Shown here one piece after another: positions 12,529 to 25,945 of a DNA stretch of 64,000 bases; positions within the stretch are counted from its first letter, which is position 1; the number at the start of each line of letters is the position of its first letter. A program made the translations under genes and the position numbers. Under the pieces are notes generated by a model. It was not told the origin of the DNA and made no database searches. It saw only the letters and a list, made by a program, of their open reading frames with translations. This DNA is from Massalongia carnosa (Eukaryota): assembly GCA_965645245.1 (NCBI GenBank), contig OZ287074.1:372001-436000 (forward strand). The letters run 5' to 3'.

Positions 12529-14073
12529 TCAGGCAACCTCATGTGCCGTCCGTTCGCCATCGTCCATGCGTTCGAAAGCCTTCTTAACTTGATCTTCCCA
12601 GTCACTAAAAGCAACAACACCCCATTCCACCGTGCCAACAAGGTACAAAGCGATGCACTGTCCTATCCATAGCCCTTTCAGACCCCAACCGTGAAATGCT
12701 AGATAGATCCCCAATGGCAACGCAAGGCAATAGTAGCTCACGACGTTGACCGCCGCTCCGATGTGTTGTCTTCCCATACCCCGCAAAGCGCCCCCGCAAC
12801 TACCGTTGAGACCATCGGCAATCTGGAAGAGGGCGACAAACGGTAAGACCTCGGCGGTAAGCTTGATGACAGCATCGTCGTTGTTGAAGATTTTGGCGAA
12901 ATGGTCCTTCGTCCCCCATAAAATGGCGAGGACGGCCGCGCCCAAGAGCATGCTGAGCCAAGCCGCGGAGTTGGCAGCCCTTGCGGCCCCCTTAGGGCTC
13001 CTGCCTCCGAGAAGATTTCCCACCCTCGTGCTTGCCGCCACACCGATTCCGAATGGGATTGTGTTCATCACTTGATCCGAGGTCATGATGACGCTTTGGG
13101 CGGCGAGAGGGATGGTCCCAAGCCTGCCGGCAGCTAAAGCGACAATCTCAAAGGCCCACCACTCCGAACCAACATGGAATATCCCCATGATTGCCAGGCG
13201 AGAAAATGTTCCCATGTGCCTCAAGCTTTTTTTGGACCAGCCACCCCAAGATTCCCAGCCTTTGAAAAACCGTGCGTATGCGAGCAGCAAGAAGAATGAG
13301 AGCCAATACGATATGCCAGTGGCCAACGGCGCGCCTATCAAACCCATCTGGAAGGTGTAAATGAATAAAAAGTTGAGGCCGGCGTTGATGGGAGAAGTGA
13401 TCAACAATACGTAGGATCCTGGACGCATGATTTCTGAAGCACGTTAGAATCAGCTTCAGCAAACGACCAAAGGTATCGAACCTTGAGCTTGCAAGAATTT
13501 TTTCATGCACTCGAAGTATATATATCCAAGCCCACCAGGGATCAGACACCAGAGGAACCTCGCACTCTCTCTTGATAACCGAGCGTCTTGTCCCAACGCC
13601 TTGAATATGGGTTCCGCCAATATCCATAAAACCACGACAGGGATATAAAATAGACCTAGGATGATGAAAGCTCGTTGGAGCAGAACGCCAAGATCATGAG
13701 GGTTCTGGCTTCCCGTAAAACTCGATGAACATAATGTATCCAACGCAGTGGTCCCCCCCAATGCTACAAGCCATGCCGTACTCATAGCAAACATGTACGA
13801 AAAAGCAGCAGTTGCCAGATCTTCTGGCGATCCTCTTCCAACGATGATTACGGAAACGGTCTGCAAGGAATTCTGCAGTGCATACGCCAGTATGACAGGT
13901 ATTGAACCTTTCAAAAGAACGGCGAATTCCTTCAAAACCCGTTTCGCAAGCGGTGTTCTCTCATCCTTTAGATGATGGATTTCTCCATCATCGTGATTTT
14001 CCGCATCAATCAGTCCATTTTTAGGTTTCGGCAAGAGGCTACTGTTTTCATCTGCGCCCCCTTTTAGTTTCAT
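12529..14073 (-). CDS. MATE-family efflux transporter, two exons (intron about 13434-13481)
   Basis: Motifs TALDTLCSSSF, KKFLQAQ, SEWWAFEIVAL, RVGNLLG, FQIADG...GGALRGMGRQHIGAAVN and many hydrophobic segments; a GT..CTAAC..CAG intron joins the two ORFs in frame. Confidence 0.92.
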
Positions 14074-15302
14074 CTTGTCGTTTTAAGGGAGCTAAGGCAA
14101 AGACTATGGGAGCCACAAAAAAGCAGAACGAGATTGTTTATGTTCTTGGAGCGAAATCACAAGTCAAAACACAAGCCAACATGGTGGGAGTATGAGAAGC
14201 CTTCCTGGTTGATCTCTGTAGAAGCTAGAACCTAATCACGGGGAAAGGATCTCATCATGCACGCAGCACATAAAGGGAAAAACCGAGATCCACCGAAGAA
14301 AGTTAGCAACCTGCAAGCCATGCAGAAAAGTCAAATCCTCTTAGTTCAAACAGCTCCTCAACCCGCATACATGACCTCATGCAATTTAATCAGTACGAAG
14401 TACTTGGAATGATTGATGATGAGAACCAGAGCCTAGGGTGATAAGACTTTCCATTCCTCTGGGCTATCGGTGACGTATAGAGTAGATAACATGACTCGAC
14501 CTGAATATGGAGGGTATTTCTATGTGGGACCACAGGGTGAGATTGATAGCTTTGGAGATGCCTCGTTACGTACCCTGTCTGTACTCTGTACAATCCATTC
14601 GTCTATCTTACAGTGAAGCGTGGAGTTGAGGAACAAATGAAGCGGCCAACAAGTTTTTACATAAGCATCGGCTAACCAAGATCGGTATATAACTACGGAG
14701 TACTCTGTACGTACCCACGTACCTTGTACGTGTTACTTTAGCGCAGGTGCCCCAAAGGATTTCTTCATCCAACATCTCTGTACAAAGATCAGTACATTCA
14801 ATCCTATCATCCATCGTAAATTTGTCTAGATGTGATTAGCGATGATGAAAGGTGCAGCCTCCCGTGTGCAAAGATAAGAAGACATTTCCCATTAGGCTCT
14901 TGGGGCGGGGGATGGCACAAAACCTTGCCAGTCTGGATCTAGTCCCTGCAGCTTCATTCATCCTCGCTTGAATGCATTCAGTGGAGATGGAGGCTTGGAA
15001 TGCAAAGACTATAATTTCTTCATTCTCGATGATCTCGGCCGATGTGAAGGTCTTGGCGCATCGAGACATCTTCATATTTCCTTCATCAACAACTCCCTTT
15101 AATTTTTTTCATGGCACTCGATTCTTCAGTTTGCATTTCACTCATCAACTGCTTTTGCTGTACTTTTAAGCGTTGAGCGCAATAGCATCGGAACTCAGGG
15201 AAAAGGTAGACAGGCTTTCTATAGAGGATGAAAAAGACCCGTCGTTTGGTATGAGCGACGATACAGGTGAACTTGGTCAATATGCTGGTTCTCTAGTTAT
15301 AT

Positions 15303-17224
15303 AACGTGGACATCGAGAAAAATATCGTCAACAAAGGTGCTGAGCATCAAGTCCCAAACAGTGGGTTCACCTTGCATCCACAGCCAACGTCAGATTTGCT
15401 AGACCTAAACTGGTCTTCATTGAAGAAATATACCATACTGGCGATTGTCATGTACTTATAAGCTTTCCTCTAATGTCTCAGTTTTAGAGTAAGGGAGTGA
15501 GCTTTAAGTGGAACCCATTGACGAAATACGCACATAGGCCTGTAACTGGACAAATGGAGAGTTCTAAACTTGCTGTAGATATTTCATGTTCACATACATT
15601 AACACCACTACAGTTCCATCCTTTCCTCAATTGCAAGCAGAGCTGAAAATTAGCTCCTCACAAGTAAATTAGACCGTCGCGCTACCAGCTCTAGGTCTAG
15701 CAATTGGTCATTTATTTTGGTCCTCGCTATTAGACATCTATGGCCGTCGGCTTATTTTCATCGTACGCTGATCGCCCTGGCATCGTTGATTGGAGCCGCG
15801 TGCGCCAAAGATTACAGTGGATACATGGTGGCAAGGTTCTTTCAAGCTTTTGGTGTGAGTCCTGGAGCGACTGTCGGCATGGCTGTAGTGAACGATTTAT
15901 TCTTTGAACATGAACGCGGCCAGAAACTAGGCTTATGGGTATTGGCGATCGACGCTGGTCTACTTGTTGGGCCGATTATCTGTGGGTTCGTGGATCTAGT
16001 CAGCTCTGCATGGATCCAATGGTTTACAGCGATATCGTTTGGTATTCTTTTGGTACTGGAACTGGCATTCATGTCGGAGACGTTATACCCTCGAAGTCAT
16101 ATGTTATCTTGAATGCCTCTGGCAATTGAAGGCATCCAGTCAAGCGACATTGAGAAGCTTGGCCATGCGAGAAAGGACCCCTCAGATATAAACTTGAAAC
16201 GCACGACAAAACTATCATTCCTCAACCTCAAGGGAATACCCGGAATACGGCATCCGAAACCCTGGGATTCAATCGTTCGCTTCGCGCTGACTTTCATATT
16301 CCTAGTCGTTGTCATCGCAGTGGGAATCTACTGCTTCTCCTGGTATTGGTGGGTGTTATCGATTATTACTATGCTCCCCGTAGCCTATGTTTCCTATTCA
16401 CCGCAGATCCAGGGCCTCCTCTTCCTTGGGCTGCTGGTGGGAACGCTATTCTCAGAGCTCTTCTGCTCGGGCCACCTAAGCGATTCGATCGTCTTGCAAC
16501 TGGCGAGGAAGAATGGTGGTGTTCGAAAGCCCGAAATGAGATTGTGGCTTGCATACCCTGCTGCGTAGCTAAGTGCAAGTATGTGTTGAGGTTTCGCATT
16601 TTCGTTGCATGTATGATGACCGTTAACCTCGTACACAGTTGGACTTGTTGTCTGGGGCATCAGTATTGACAATGCATACCACTGGATGGTAGGGTAGATT
16701 GCGTTCTTCCTATGTAATGCCTCCCCCTCCACCCTTTATAGATAACTCTACGATTCCCTCCCTCTTCTCTCGAGAGCAAGTCTACAATGCTAACTACTTC
16801 TGTTAAATCCCCATCAGTTAGGGCTAGAATTCAAACTAGCAACACGGTCATAACGAGTTACATCGTGGACAGCTACCCGCTCCAGTCCATGAGCATCATA
16901 ACCTTCTACGCCGTCCTCCTCAACCTAAGCGCGTTCACAAACCCCGTAAGCCCCCTTCCTTGGTTCTCGACCCATATTTATAGCAAGCATATAAATATAA
17001 ACCTCCGTTTACGAAGACCAAACTAACATCTCATCAACAACTTTCAGTTCTTTATCGCTCCCTGGCATGCAGCCACTGGCTGGACTCTCACGTTCGTGAC
17101 GCAAGGGATCCTGACGTTTTTCCTTGTTGTCCCTGTCATAGCGGCTTTGCATCGGTTTGGACCCCCGCTGAGGCGCAAGTCCGGTAAAATGGAGTGGGTG
17201 AATCCAGAGCTCGATAAGCTATGA
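15303..17224 (+). pseudogene. MFS (DHA1-like) transporter pseudogene
   Basis: MFS motifs LHPQPTSD..DLNWS..KK, DIYGRR, ARFFQAFGVSP, FFEHERGQKLGLW and KPEMRLW are present. In-frame stops occur at about 15670, 16110, 16566 and 16696, there is a frameshift near 15760, the first donor reads ATAAGC instead of GTAAGC (about 15457), and I find no in-frame ATG. Confidence 0.85.
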
Positions 17225-18178
17225 TTCCTCTGGGGCGCTCTTGGTTTTGTTGCTGTGTTCGCCGAGTGTACGAGATCCAAGGCTATGTATACATACATAT
17301 CACTTCGGGCCCTTTGCCTGAACAAATCGATGCTCTCTTGCTTTACCACCCAGCGCCCCCCTGTGATGAGTTCATGATATGAGACATCATGGAGCGGGCG
17401 TGGGCCTATGCTCATTATGGCCGAGAAAACATATTTGTGCGGTTGAAACCAGCTCCAGCAGCTCGCGAAGTCACACCACAATCTCGATCACTTGCACAGG
17501 CGGGGATCCGATACCCACCACCACAACTCCCACCCTTTCTCCGCGCCCTTCATCCCATCACCACCAACCCCCCCCCCCTTTTCTCCAACAAAAATTCCCA
17601 ATACCTGCAAGTTTTAGTACCAGGCACCAATCCTCACTTTCTCCCCTCCCTTTCGTTCAAAAATCCACAAAAAAACCCTCCGCGCTACTACCGGCATACC
17701 TGCTCTGGCTGTCGGTTATCCATTGGGGGGGTGGGCTGGTTTTCCAAGGGTTGGAGGTGGGAGGGAAATGGGGAAGGTGGGAGAGAACATGATACGATTC
17801 AGCTATAACATGACAGCGAACTTCAATTTCCCTTCCGTTCTGTTCCATTCCGTCGGTCTGTCTCTTGCTGGGGGACGCAGGCGATAACTACCCACCTAGG
17901 GGTTGGGGGGTTTCGCGCGGAGGATGAACGATTGGGTGGAAACGGCAGGATGGTGCGAGAAAGGCACAATTCCTCGCTCAAATTGGGTATATATAAGGCT
18001 TCGGTAGGCGCTTGAATAAGTGCGCTTCGGAACGCAAGGAGAAAATATAAAATAGGCCCCCCTCGGGAAGTATGTATCCGCCAACATAAGATGTATAGAT
18101 CGTTGCTAGCCTCCACACGGCTGCGAAAGCTCCCAGCTACTCCACCAAGGAAATCAACGTCGTCTCCTCCTCTCCTCG

Positions 18179-20083
18179 TTACACCTCATCCGTTTTCCCT
18201 GTCTTCGCCCCCTCGCTGCCCAGTCGCAAAACCCACATACCCGTCGTCATGACCCCAACTAAGATGGCGCCCGCAATATACGGCAGTCCAACCCATCCCC
18301 CTCCGCTCCGTAATCCTTGCTGAAACAGTGCCGCCAGCAACGGCGCGGCTACTAGCATCGAAACCGTCTGCACCAAGCCCACTACCACAAACAACCGCGC
18401 CACCTTCGTGGGCTGCACTAGCCCGGCCAGCAAGCTGCGGATTAGCGCTGCCGTGCCCGCGCCAAGTGTTTGCACTAAGAGGCCCATCAAGAACAGGGCG
18501 ATCGTAGGCGCAAGGCCATCAATCAGCATGCCAGCCGTCCCGAGTGCGAGGCTGATACGGCAGAGCAGCACGTCCTTGGAGAAGTTCGTATGAGCTTTGT
18601 GGCGGAGGCACCATTTCGATGCGATAGGAAGGAAAACTAATAGAGCAATGATGCTAGTCACGGCGCGGAGGGAGGAGAGATAGTTGGCTTGTGAAATGGT
18701 CCAGGCGTAGCGCTTGGGGATGTATTGGAGGAGAAGGCTACCGTTCATATCGGCGACCGTTTGTGTAGCTCCGGTGACTATTAGGAAAGGGATGCGCCAG
18801 TCGTGGAGGATGAAGTGGGAGGCAATAAGAATGGAGGAGATGTGGGAGGTAATATGAGAGGAGAGGGAAGGTTTAGCAATGGAAAAAAAATCATCCGAGG
18901 ATGAAGAGGCGTCGGAGGATAAGGACATAGTAAGGGGGGCTTCGATCCCGCAAGGATGAGAGGTAGATTTGGTGGGGCCAAGGGAGTATTTAGAAGAATT
19001 GGAATCAGAGTAGAGGGGCTCGGTCCTGATTGTTTGGTTGTGGTTATCCATAGTCGAGACTCGAGCCGTGGACACAATAAGAGTTTCTGGAAGAGCTAAG
19101 ACAAGGGGAACGCCGAGAGCGGTAAGGGCAAGGCCAAGGTTCATTGGAAGCCAGGGGCTTTTGTCCATAAGAAAAGAACCTAACGGAGGCCCTAACAAGA
19201 CAGTGACTAAGACAATGGATTGTCCATAGAAGAAGACAGTAGCCCTGGTCAGATCAGCAGGGTGGTCTACCTAGATGAGGCAGGGAAACCTTTTCTAAAC
19301 CTACCGTCTAGTCTCAGGTGTCACATCGGTCATAACGACGAGAAAGAGCGCTATACCTCGTCGATTAGCATGTTAAACTCATTACCATTTCGAGACAAAG
19401 GTCTTCACTTGTCACAACTTGTGGCCCACCACCTAATATTGTGAAAGCTCCTGAGAGCCACATTAATCGAATGGGTAAAGTCTGCGGGAACGCAACTGCT
19501 CGCCCGTAGGAGGTTAGTCATAAGCCATAAGATCCGTTGAAATAGATTTACCCACAAACAATATATAACCATAGGGTCTGAAGGAATAACGATACTGTGT
19601 TCAATACCATCAACCATTTCCTCCCGTACGTGTCTGCCAATATGCCATATGGTATGGCTAGAAAAAGCCCTATGCAACAGCAACGTAAGATGAGCGGCCA
19701 TCGCATCCCCTTAGCCTACGGAATCGCATACCTGGCAGAAGTTCGAAGAAGCTTTGCCATCCATTTAAAAATGCCAACTCCTCCTGCACCGGGTCGATTT
19801 TGCAGTACTGTTCGTCCACGATCCCGCCGTATATCAGACTTGGGTCCTCCATTGTGTAGAAATCATGGCAGATAATTGATTCCTCGATCCGCATCATTGG
19901 AGCCGCACTGAGATTTCCCGCCAAGTCCACAAGGAAGACTAGACTCAGAAGGACGGAAAGGGTATAAAATTGAAAGTTGCGTGAGTGAGAGTGCTGATCG
20001 TGCTTGACAGCTCCTGAGGGCTCAAGGCATGGCATCCGCTCCAGTAAATCTCCATCGTCGCGATAAGGGAAGCCTGTGGCCAT
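18179..20083 (-). CDS. MFS transporter (SLC46/UstT-like efflux type), about 5 exons, apparently intact
   Basis: Spliced protein has EESIIC..Y...EQYCKIDPVQEELA, AIPYGILADTYGRK, GGGPQV, TDVTPETRRATVF, LLQYIPKRYAWTI and many transmembrane segments. Confidence 0.82.
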
Positions 20084-22889
20084 GGCAAGTTAGAGGATTT
20101 CCCTGCGCGGGGGCGACGATCGTTGAACCGATATTTGCTGAACAGCTGAAGGCGTGAATTGGTATGCGATACATGCTCGTCATATATCCCGAGCACAGTA
20201 TATCTATTTTACAATGTATGAAGTCGGGTGACAATTGGTGAAGCTGATAAGAATAACTCTACGGAGAGGCAGCATCTTGGACAATGGCGATCCTGGCCAT
20301 GTGCGCAGGTTGTTTCGGATTACTTGTAAGGGGTCTGCCACAAAAGTCTGTGCCTTGGCGCGCAGCAGAAGACAGTGTGATGTCGAGGGACAGATTTTTG
20401 CGCGGCCAAGTATACCGGTTATACGCGTATTTGCCGAAGTCGGATGACGAGGCCATGGGAGACGCAGCAGCATGCTTGCACGCCAGGAGTTTTCATCTGC
20501 TGCTGAAGCTTCATCACTGTCATTTGCACAGTGGGTGACGGCCCGCTATCCAAGGTACCCGACCCGGCCTTTCGCTACTCAATTCCATCGTTCTTTGGTG
20601 CACGGAACGTGACAAAGCTCGGCACACCAACTGTTGAATGGATGTGCGGCACCAACATCATTTGATCAGGGATCTATCGCGCCTGGATCTTGGATGAAAA
20701 ACCAAGGGAAACGATGAATGCATCCACTAGGAAAGGATAGATACCTCGAGGGCCCGATCATTAATGCGATCGCATGATTAAAGTGCTCAAGGTGTGATGG
20801 GAAAAGAGGTTTCAATTTCAAGAGATGGAAGAAGAGGGTCGGGTTGCTTTACTTTGTGCCACCCCAGCCGAACCTGCAATTGGGTTCCTGCGATTCATCA
20901 GCTGAAGGATGAACGGAAGGAAAGGCTGACAAGATCGGGGCATTCGTATGTAGTTAACTAGATGTATGCATGTTACACCATCAGATGTAAGAGATGATAC
21001 CATTGTGCCACGACTTGAATGATTAATCCTCCACTCGAGGATGAATAGAGGCAAGCCCGAAAATAGACGGGTACCTACCTACTCGGTACCTACCTGGAGC
21101 TGTTTACATCAAGTATATGCCTCTTAGGTACAGAGTACTTGATACCTTAGTACATCGCATCAGGTATCTACGCCAAGACAAGCATCCAGTCTTAAAGATC
21201 ATAGCCCATGAAGCGGGAGGTCCTCTTGGTACAAAGTACTCACATAGTCAGAGATAGCTTGAGATATGTAGGAGTTTCTAAATCCCTCCTGCCCTTCATA
21301 GTTATATCATTAAAGATATTTTAATGCTCATTAGTTACCAGTCCCACCAGCACTTTGCACTTGTTCTGCGCAAGGGGATCAATCGCGGTTAACCTGTCTA
21401 TAGGGGAAGGAGCAACTTAAATCGTGATGTCATAAGGATTAAGACTATGGGCAAGGGATCTGAGGAAGGTGAGCTTATGCGACGTTGAAAGGAGTTGGAA
21501 TATATGGAGGAGATTTGGGCTAATGGTGGATGAGACTTGTTTTATGGCTACTACAGCTGGAGGATACTCGTATGCAAACCATTCGCTATTGCTCACTCGG
21601 AGACGTAGTCTAACCCTTTGCGTACACACGCAACTCTAAAATTGAAGATAGATAGTATTAAGAGCTCCAAGAACAGCTGCGTCTATAGAAAACAACAATG
21701 TCTCTAAGGCTCAAATCATCAAGCGGAAGGTGATGAATGATGGTCATTCGTAGATCGCTACTACAAGATAAGATGCTCATACAGAGTATAGACAACAACT
21801 TGGTTGGAATATCGATATAAGAAGAGATAATTCGTGCTATATGCAACGGGATGCTTCATCAGAAGTTAATACCCCCTAAACCAACCGTACAAGAGTTTGT
21901 AGGTTTTCTTCGGAAAGGAGGCCGTTGGTTTGCGATGATGGTAACAGTCGCTATAGTTACCCTCATCAAGGTATCTTTCAGTGAGTGTTCTGCCATCTGG
22001 TGGCAAAATCAAACTATCTGGGCGTAGGAATTTTAGCTAAAGCTGTAGGTTTGGGCAAAAGATGACAGGTTGTAAGATAGATTGGAGCGTTGATACGCTG
22101 TGAAGGATTAAGTTATATAAATCAGCATTTCTGCCATCATACTCACCGCTAGCACCTCAGTGTTAACTTCAAGTTTGTAAGAGGTCTAGGAATCCTGTGT
22201 GTGACCCCCCTAAAGTATTAAGGGAACGATAGATATAATGCTATATGGAGTATATTGAATGTAGTTGAGGGGAGAAATGGGATAGTTCAAATAGGCGAGG
22301 AGGATAAGGGTTTGGAAGGGCGAAAAGTGGGTGGAGGACGTGGCTTTTTTATAGGTTAAGGTAGAGGCGGGTGAGAAAGTGGTAAGGGATTTGATATTAT
22401 CAAACCAGAAATTGAATTTGGGAGAGGTGCGAGGGCTGCTTTTTCTTTCTTCTATTTATTGGAGGATTTGCAGGAGTGGTGGAAGAAGCGAATTGCTGAA
22501 CTAAAAAGAGGTAGCGTTATGAAGGGGAAAAAGGGCTAACAGGACACAAATTGATAGGAACTGATAGGAACCGACAGTCAAGAAAAATTGCTCGGGCAAA
22601 TGAGCTCGAGTTATTCAAGTCATCCAACATAGGAGGCTACAGACTCGAGGATTGCAAGTGCGGCAGGCTCTCTGGGCTAAGCTTACCGGCCCTATCAACC
22701 AAACGGAAGTGGATATTGAATGCGCCCATTTATTTTAGGCCAGGCTAATCCTATGGCGTAGGGAATCTAAAACGGGCATAGTTTCGTGACTGTAATATCA
22801 ACTTCTGCTCCTTAACATCCAGGAAGACTTGTGGCTGTAAAAGCTGGCCCGGTGGGAGCTCGAACGCTGCTCTAGGGCGATTGTAATGC

Positions 22890-23860
22890 TCAAGAGATTT
22901 CTTCAATCTTAGAAGACGTAGCACTGGATGCATGCTTGGTCTCATCTGCAGCTGCAGGTACGGACTTTCCAGCTGACTTGTCTAGTGGTTCTGCAGCAGG
23001 CTTCTCTGGTGGCTCTTCATCCTCCAGACCAGGCATCTCATCGTCATCGTCCTGACGGGTTTTTCAGCGTGAAAATCGACGAGACAGGTTTGATTTGTAG
23101 AAACTTACGTCGTCTTCACCCTCCCCTCCGCCAAGCCCTCCACCACCCATTTCCCCGAGTTTCGAGAAATCTGCATTTCATTGGTTAATTTGAAAGTAAG
23201 TGGTTCGGTGATCAATAGCTTACCGATGCCCCCAAACCCTCCATCTCCACCACCCATTCCTCGCATGCCTCCCATTCCTCCCATTCCTCCCATATCTTCC
23301 ATACCACTCATGCCTCCTAATCCTCCTTCATCCTCCGGTGCGGCTTCCTGCTCATCCTCATCCACCCACTTTCGGTTATATTAGCATCCTTTCAGATTTA
23401 GGAGCCTTTAAAGACCTCTAGCCGATTTTGACCTACCTTGTCAAAGTCAGTTTTCAAGAAATGCACTTTCTTACTCTCTTTAAGCAGTCTTGGCCAATAT
23501 TCCTGCTTTAGCTCCTGCTTCCTCAATACAAACTCCACGCCCCTTGATGAATGGATTGTCTTGCTTTTCTCAACATCAATCGCATCAAAGAGTTCGAGCT
23601 TAACATGATATGTAGTTTTCTTTGTGTCGGAATGGCCGGTGAAGGTGAGGCTGTTGGGTTTGAGATCAACATCGATCTTAGGTACATCGGGTGCAGCGAT
23701 GGTAAGGAAAACACAATTCTTTTCCGCATCAGTGCTTGAGGAGCGCTGTGCCCAAAGCACTAAATTATAGATATTGTAAGAGTGGGCGGCCTTGATAGCT
23801 TAACGATATTAATTGATGAGCTTTGCACTTACCTTCTGGGGTAGTTGTTGTCGATGACAT
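22890..23860 (-). CDS. SBA1: Hsp90 co-chaperone p23 (Sba1/Wos2), multi-exon
   Basis: PEVLWAQRSS, YWPRLLKESKKVHFLKTDFDKWVDEDEQ, a GGM-rich tail and SKIEEIS*. Confidence 0.93.
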
Positions 23861-24374
23861 GGCTGAACTATGAAGTAAACCAATTGCAAACACGGTTACG
23901 TGTAGGTATGAGTTAGGTTTAGAAATGGACGTTAAGTGCTTTGAGTAATCAAATAATTTACATGTCAAGAGCGCAGTTGATTCTTTTTGGGCGATTGTTA
24001 TTAGCGCCGTATGGGATATAAGGCTGAGATATTCTAGAGCTTCGTGGAATTTCGTAGAAAGTGTGTAACTTAAGTATTGAACTAGTACTCCATGTCTCAC
24101 TTAAGTAGTTACTCTCTATGAGTGTTTGTGAATGTACACATTTAAGAGTATAGTTTATTGAATGGAAAGCAAATCATGATCTACGACAAACACAGATAAT
24201 TTCTAAGTATGATTTGAAGCTGCTTGATATGTGGTTGTAATTTTCCCCCGCGCTTGTCTAGGCAGTATCACCTTATAACCATAGGTGGGGTACGAGGATT
24301 GTAGCTTGCGCTGATCATGAAAACAGTCATACATGAATTCACTTGTGCATTTTCTACTGTGAGGTTTCTAGAGT

Positions 24375-25118
24375 ATGGAGACTCTCAAAGCCGTTTTCTG
24401 GAAACCAGATCCCGCGGCTCAGGTTAGAAAATCGGTGCTCTGCATGTGCTGGATTACTCTGCTAATTCTAAAGTAGATGCGGAAATGCAATAGCCTAATA
24501 CGCTCAAACACTCGCAAACTTGACCGTGATATTAGTCAACTAAAAACATTGGAGTCCAAATCAAAGCAATACATAATACAGGCTTCAAAACGAGGGCAGA
24601 AAAACCCGTCCCAGGCCAAACAGGCTGCCAGCGAGACCCGGACCTTTGCACGGGAGATGATTAGAATACGGAAGCAAAGCTCTAGGTTGACAACAAGCAA
24701 GGCGCAGCTTCAGAGCGTGCAGATGCAAGTTAACGAGGCCTTTTCGGTCCGTAAGATTGAGGGGAGTTTGAGAGCATCGACAGGGATCATGAAGGATGTC
24801 AATAGCTTAGTCCGACTTCCGGAGCTTACAGGCACGATGAGGGAGCTCTCACAAGAGTTAGTAAAGGCAGGTATAATCGAAGAGATGGTTGGAGACAGCC
24901 TGCCGGACGACCAGCTCTTGGAAGGTGAGGACGATGAAGCAGAGGCCGAGGTCGATAAAGTGCTTGGGGAGATCCTTCAAGGCATATTGGGCAAGGCAGA
25001 TGGTAGCAAATTGGATGCGAATTTAGCGGAGGTGACCAATGAACCGGAAGTAGACTTGGAGGAGCAAGAGGCGACCTTAGCGCAAATGAGAGGCAGGTTA
25101 GAAGCACTCAAAAGCTGA
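24375..25118 (+). CDS. VPS24: ESCRT-III subunit Vps24 (Snf7 family), two exons (intron 24423-24476)
   Basis: METLKAVFWKPDPAAQ|MRKCNSLIR; SKAQLQSVQMQV; ELVKAGIIEEMV; C-terminal MRGRLEALKS. Confidence 0.92.
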
Positions 25119-25945
25119 AGAGTTTTTATTGTTAGTCAGTTCAGAACTTCAAAACGGCAAGATTTGGCTTAGAGAGAATATTCTTGCGGTTGAAGGCGTC
25201 TATTATCACAATTGCAAGATGGTGGTATACTCTGTACTCCATAATCCCTTTCATTTATTTCTTTACTTATGCCCGGTTCAGACTGACTTGATCCATTGGG
25301 AGTACGACTTAAAAGCGCTGTACCAGCATGAATCCTGACATGTTAGCGATTCACCAGGCAAGATACATAACTAGGTATGGTAAAGCGATGAGGTAGTGAG
25401 TACGGAGTACTTATCCACGTACTTAAGAGGCTCAATGGAAAATGAACTAAACCCGTTTAGCTCTAGTTTTTTTTTTTTGCAACCTTTATCTTATGTTACC
25501 TTCCCACGTTCTCATTCTGCTCCCTATCTACACACTTTCAACACACTTCTGCCTTTCAACACCCATTCATATTTTTTTCACGCTGCCAGATTCCAACTTG
25601 TTCCATTCATCTATTGACAATTATTTATTCTCGCTGGTAGTCGACGTGTTCACATCCCCTAATCACGTCAATCACAACACCAGGCAACGAAGCGATAGCA
25701 ACATCACGCGCTTTCCATCACCCTAATCACATAGATCACTCCACACATCATACCAGGGCTTGTAAGCATAATACATAAATCACCTCCGAAAACATAGGTT
25801 CTTCCTCTGCCAACGAAGACTGCTCCTCTTTTATCAAGCCTTCATAGTAATTTTCCCAATTTCTGGCTAGGCGAATCCAAGTCGCGCCTATTCAGCTCAA
25901 AGCGCATATTTACTAAATCTTGACAAAATTTGTCATCTTCTCAAC

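Noticed and set aside
12137..12592. ORFs with repeated ACMPVCLY or HTGIQAYR, superficially like repeat-peptide (RiPP) precursors
   Set aside because: They arise from an 8-bp DNA repeat read in rotating frames; there is no signal peptide or Kex2 site pattern.
21300..22560. Strand-biased, stop-riddled sequence resembling a decayed gene or transposon
   Set aside because: No recognisable protein motif, terminal repeat or TSD could be identified by eye.
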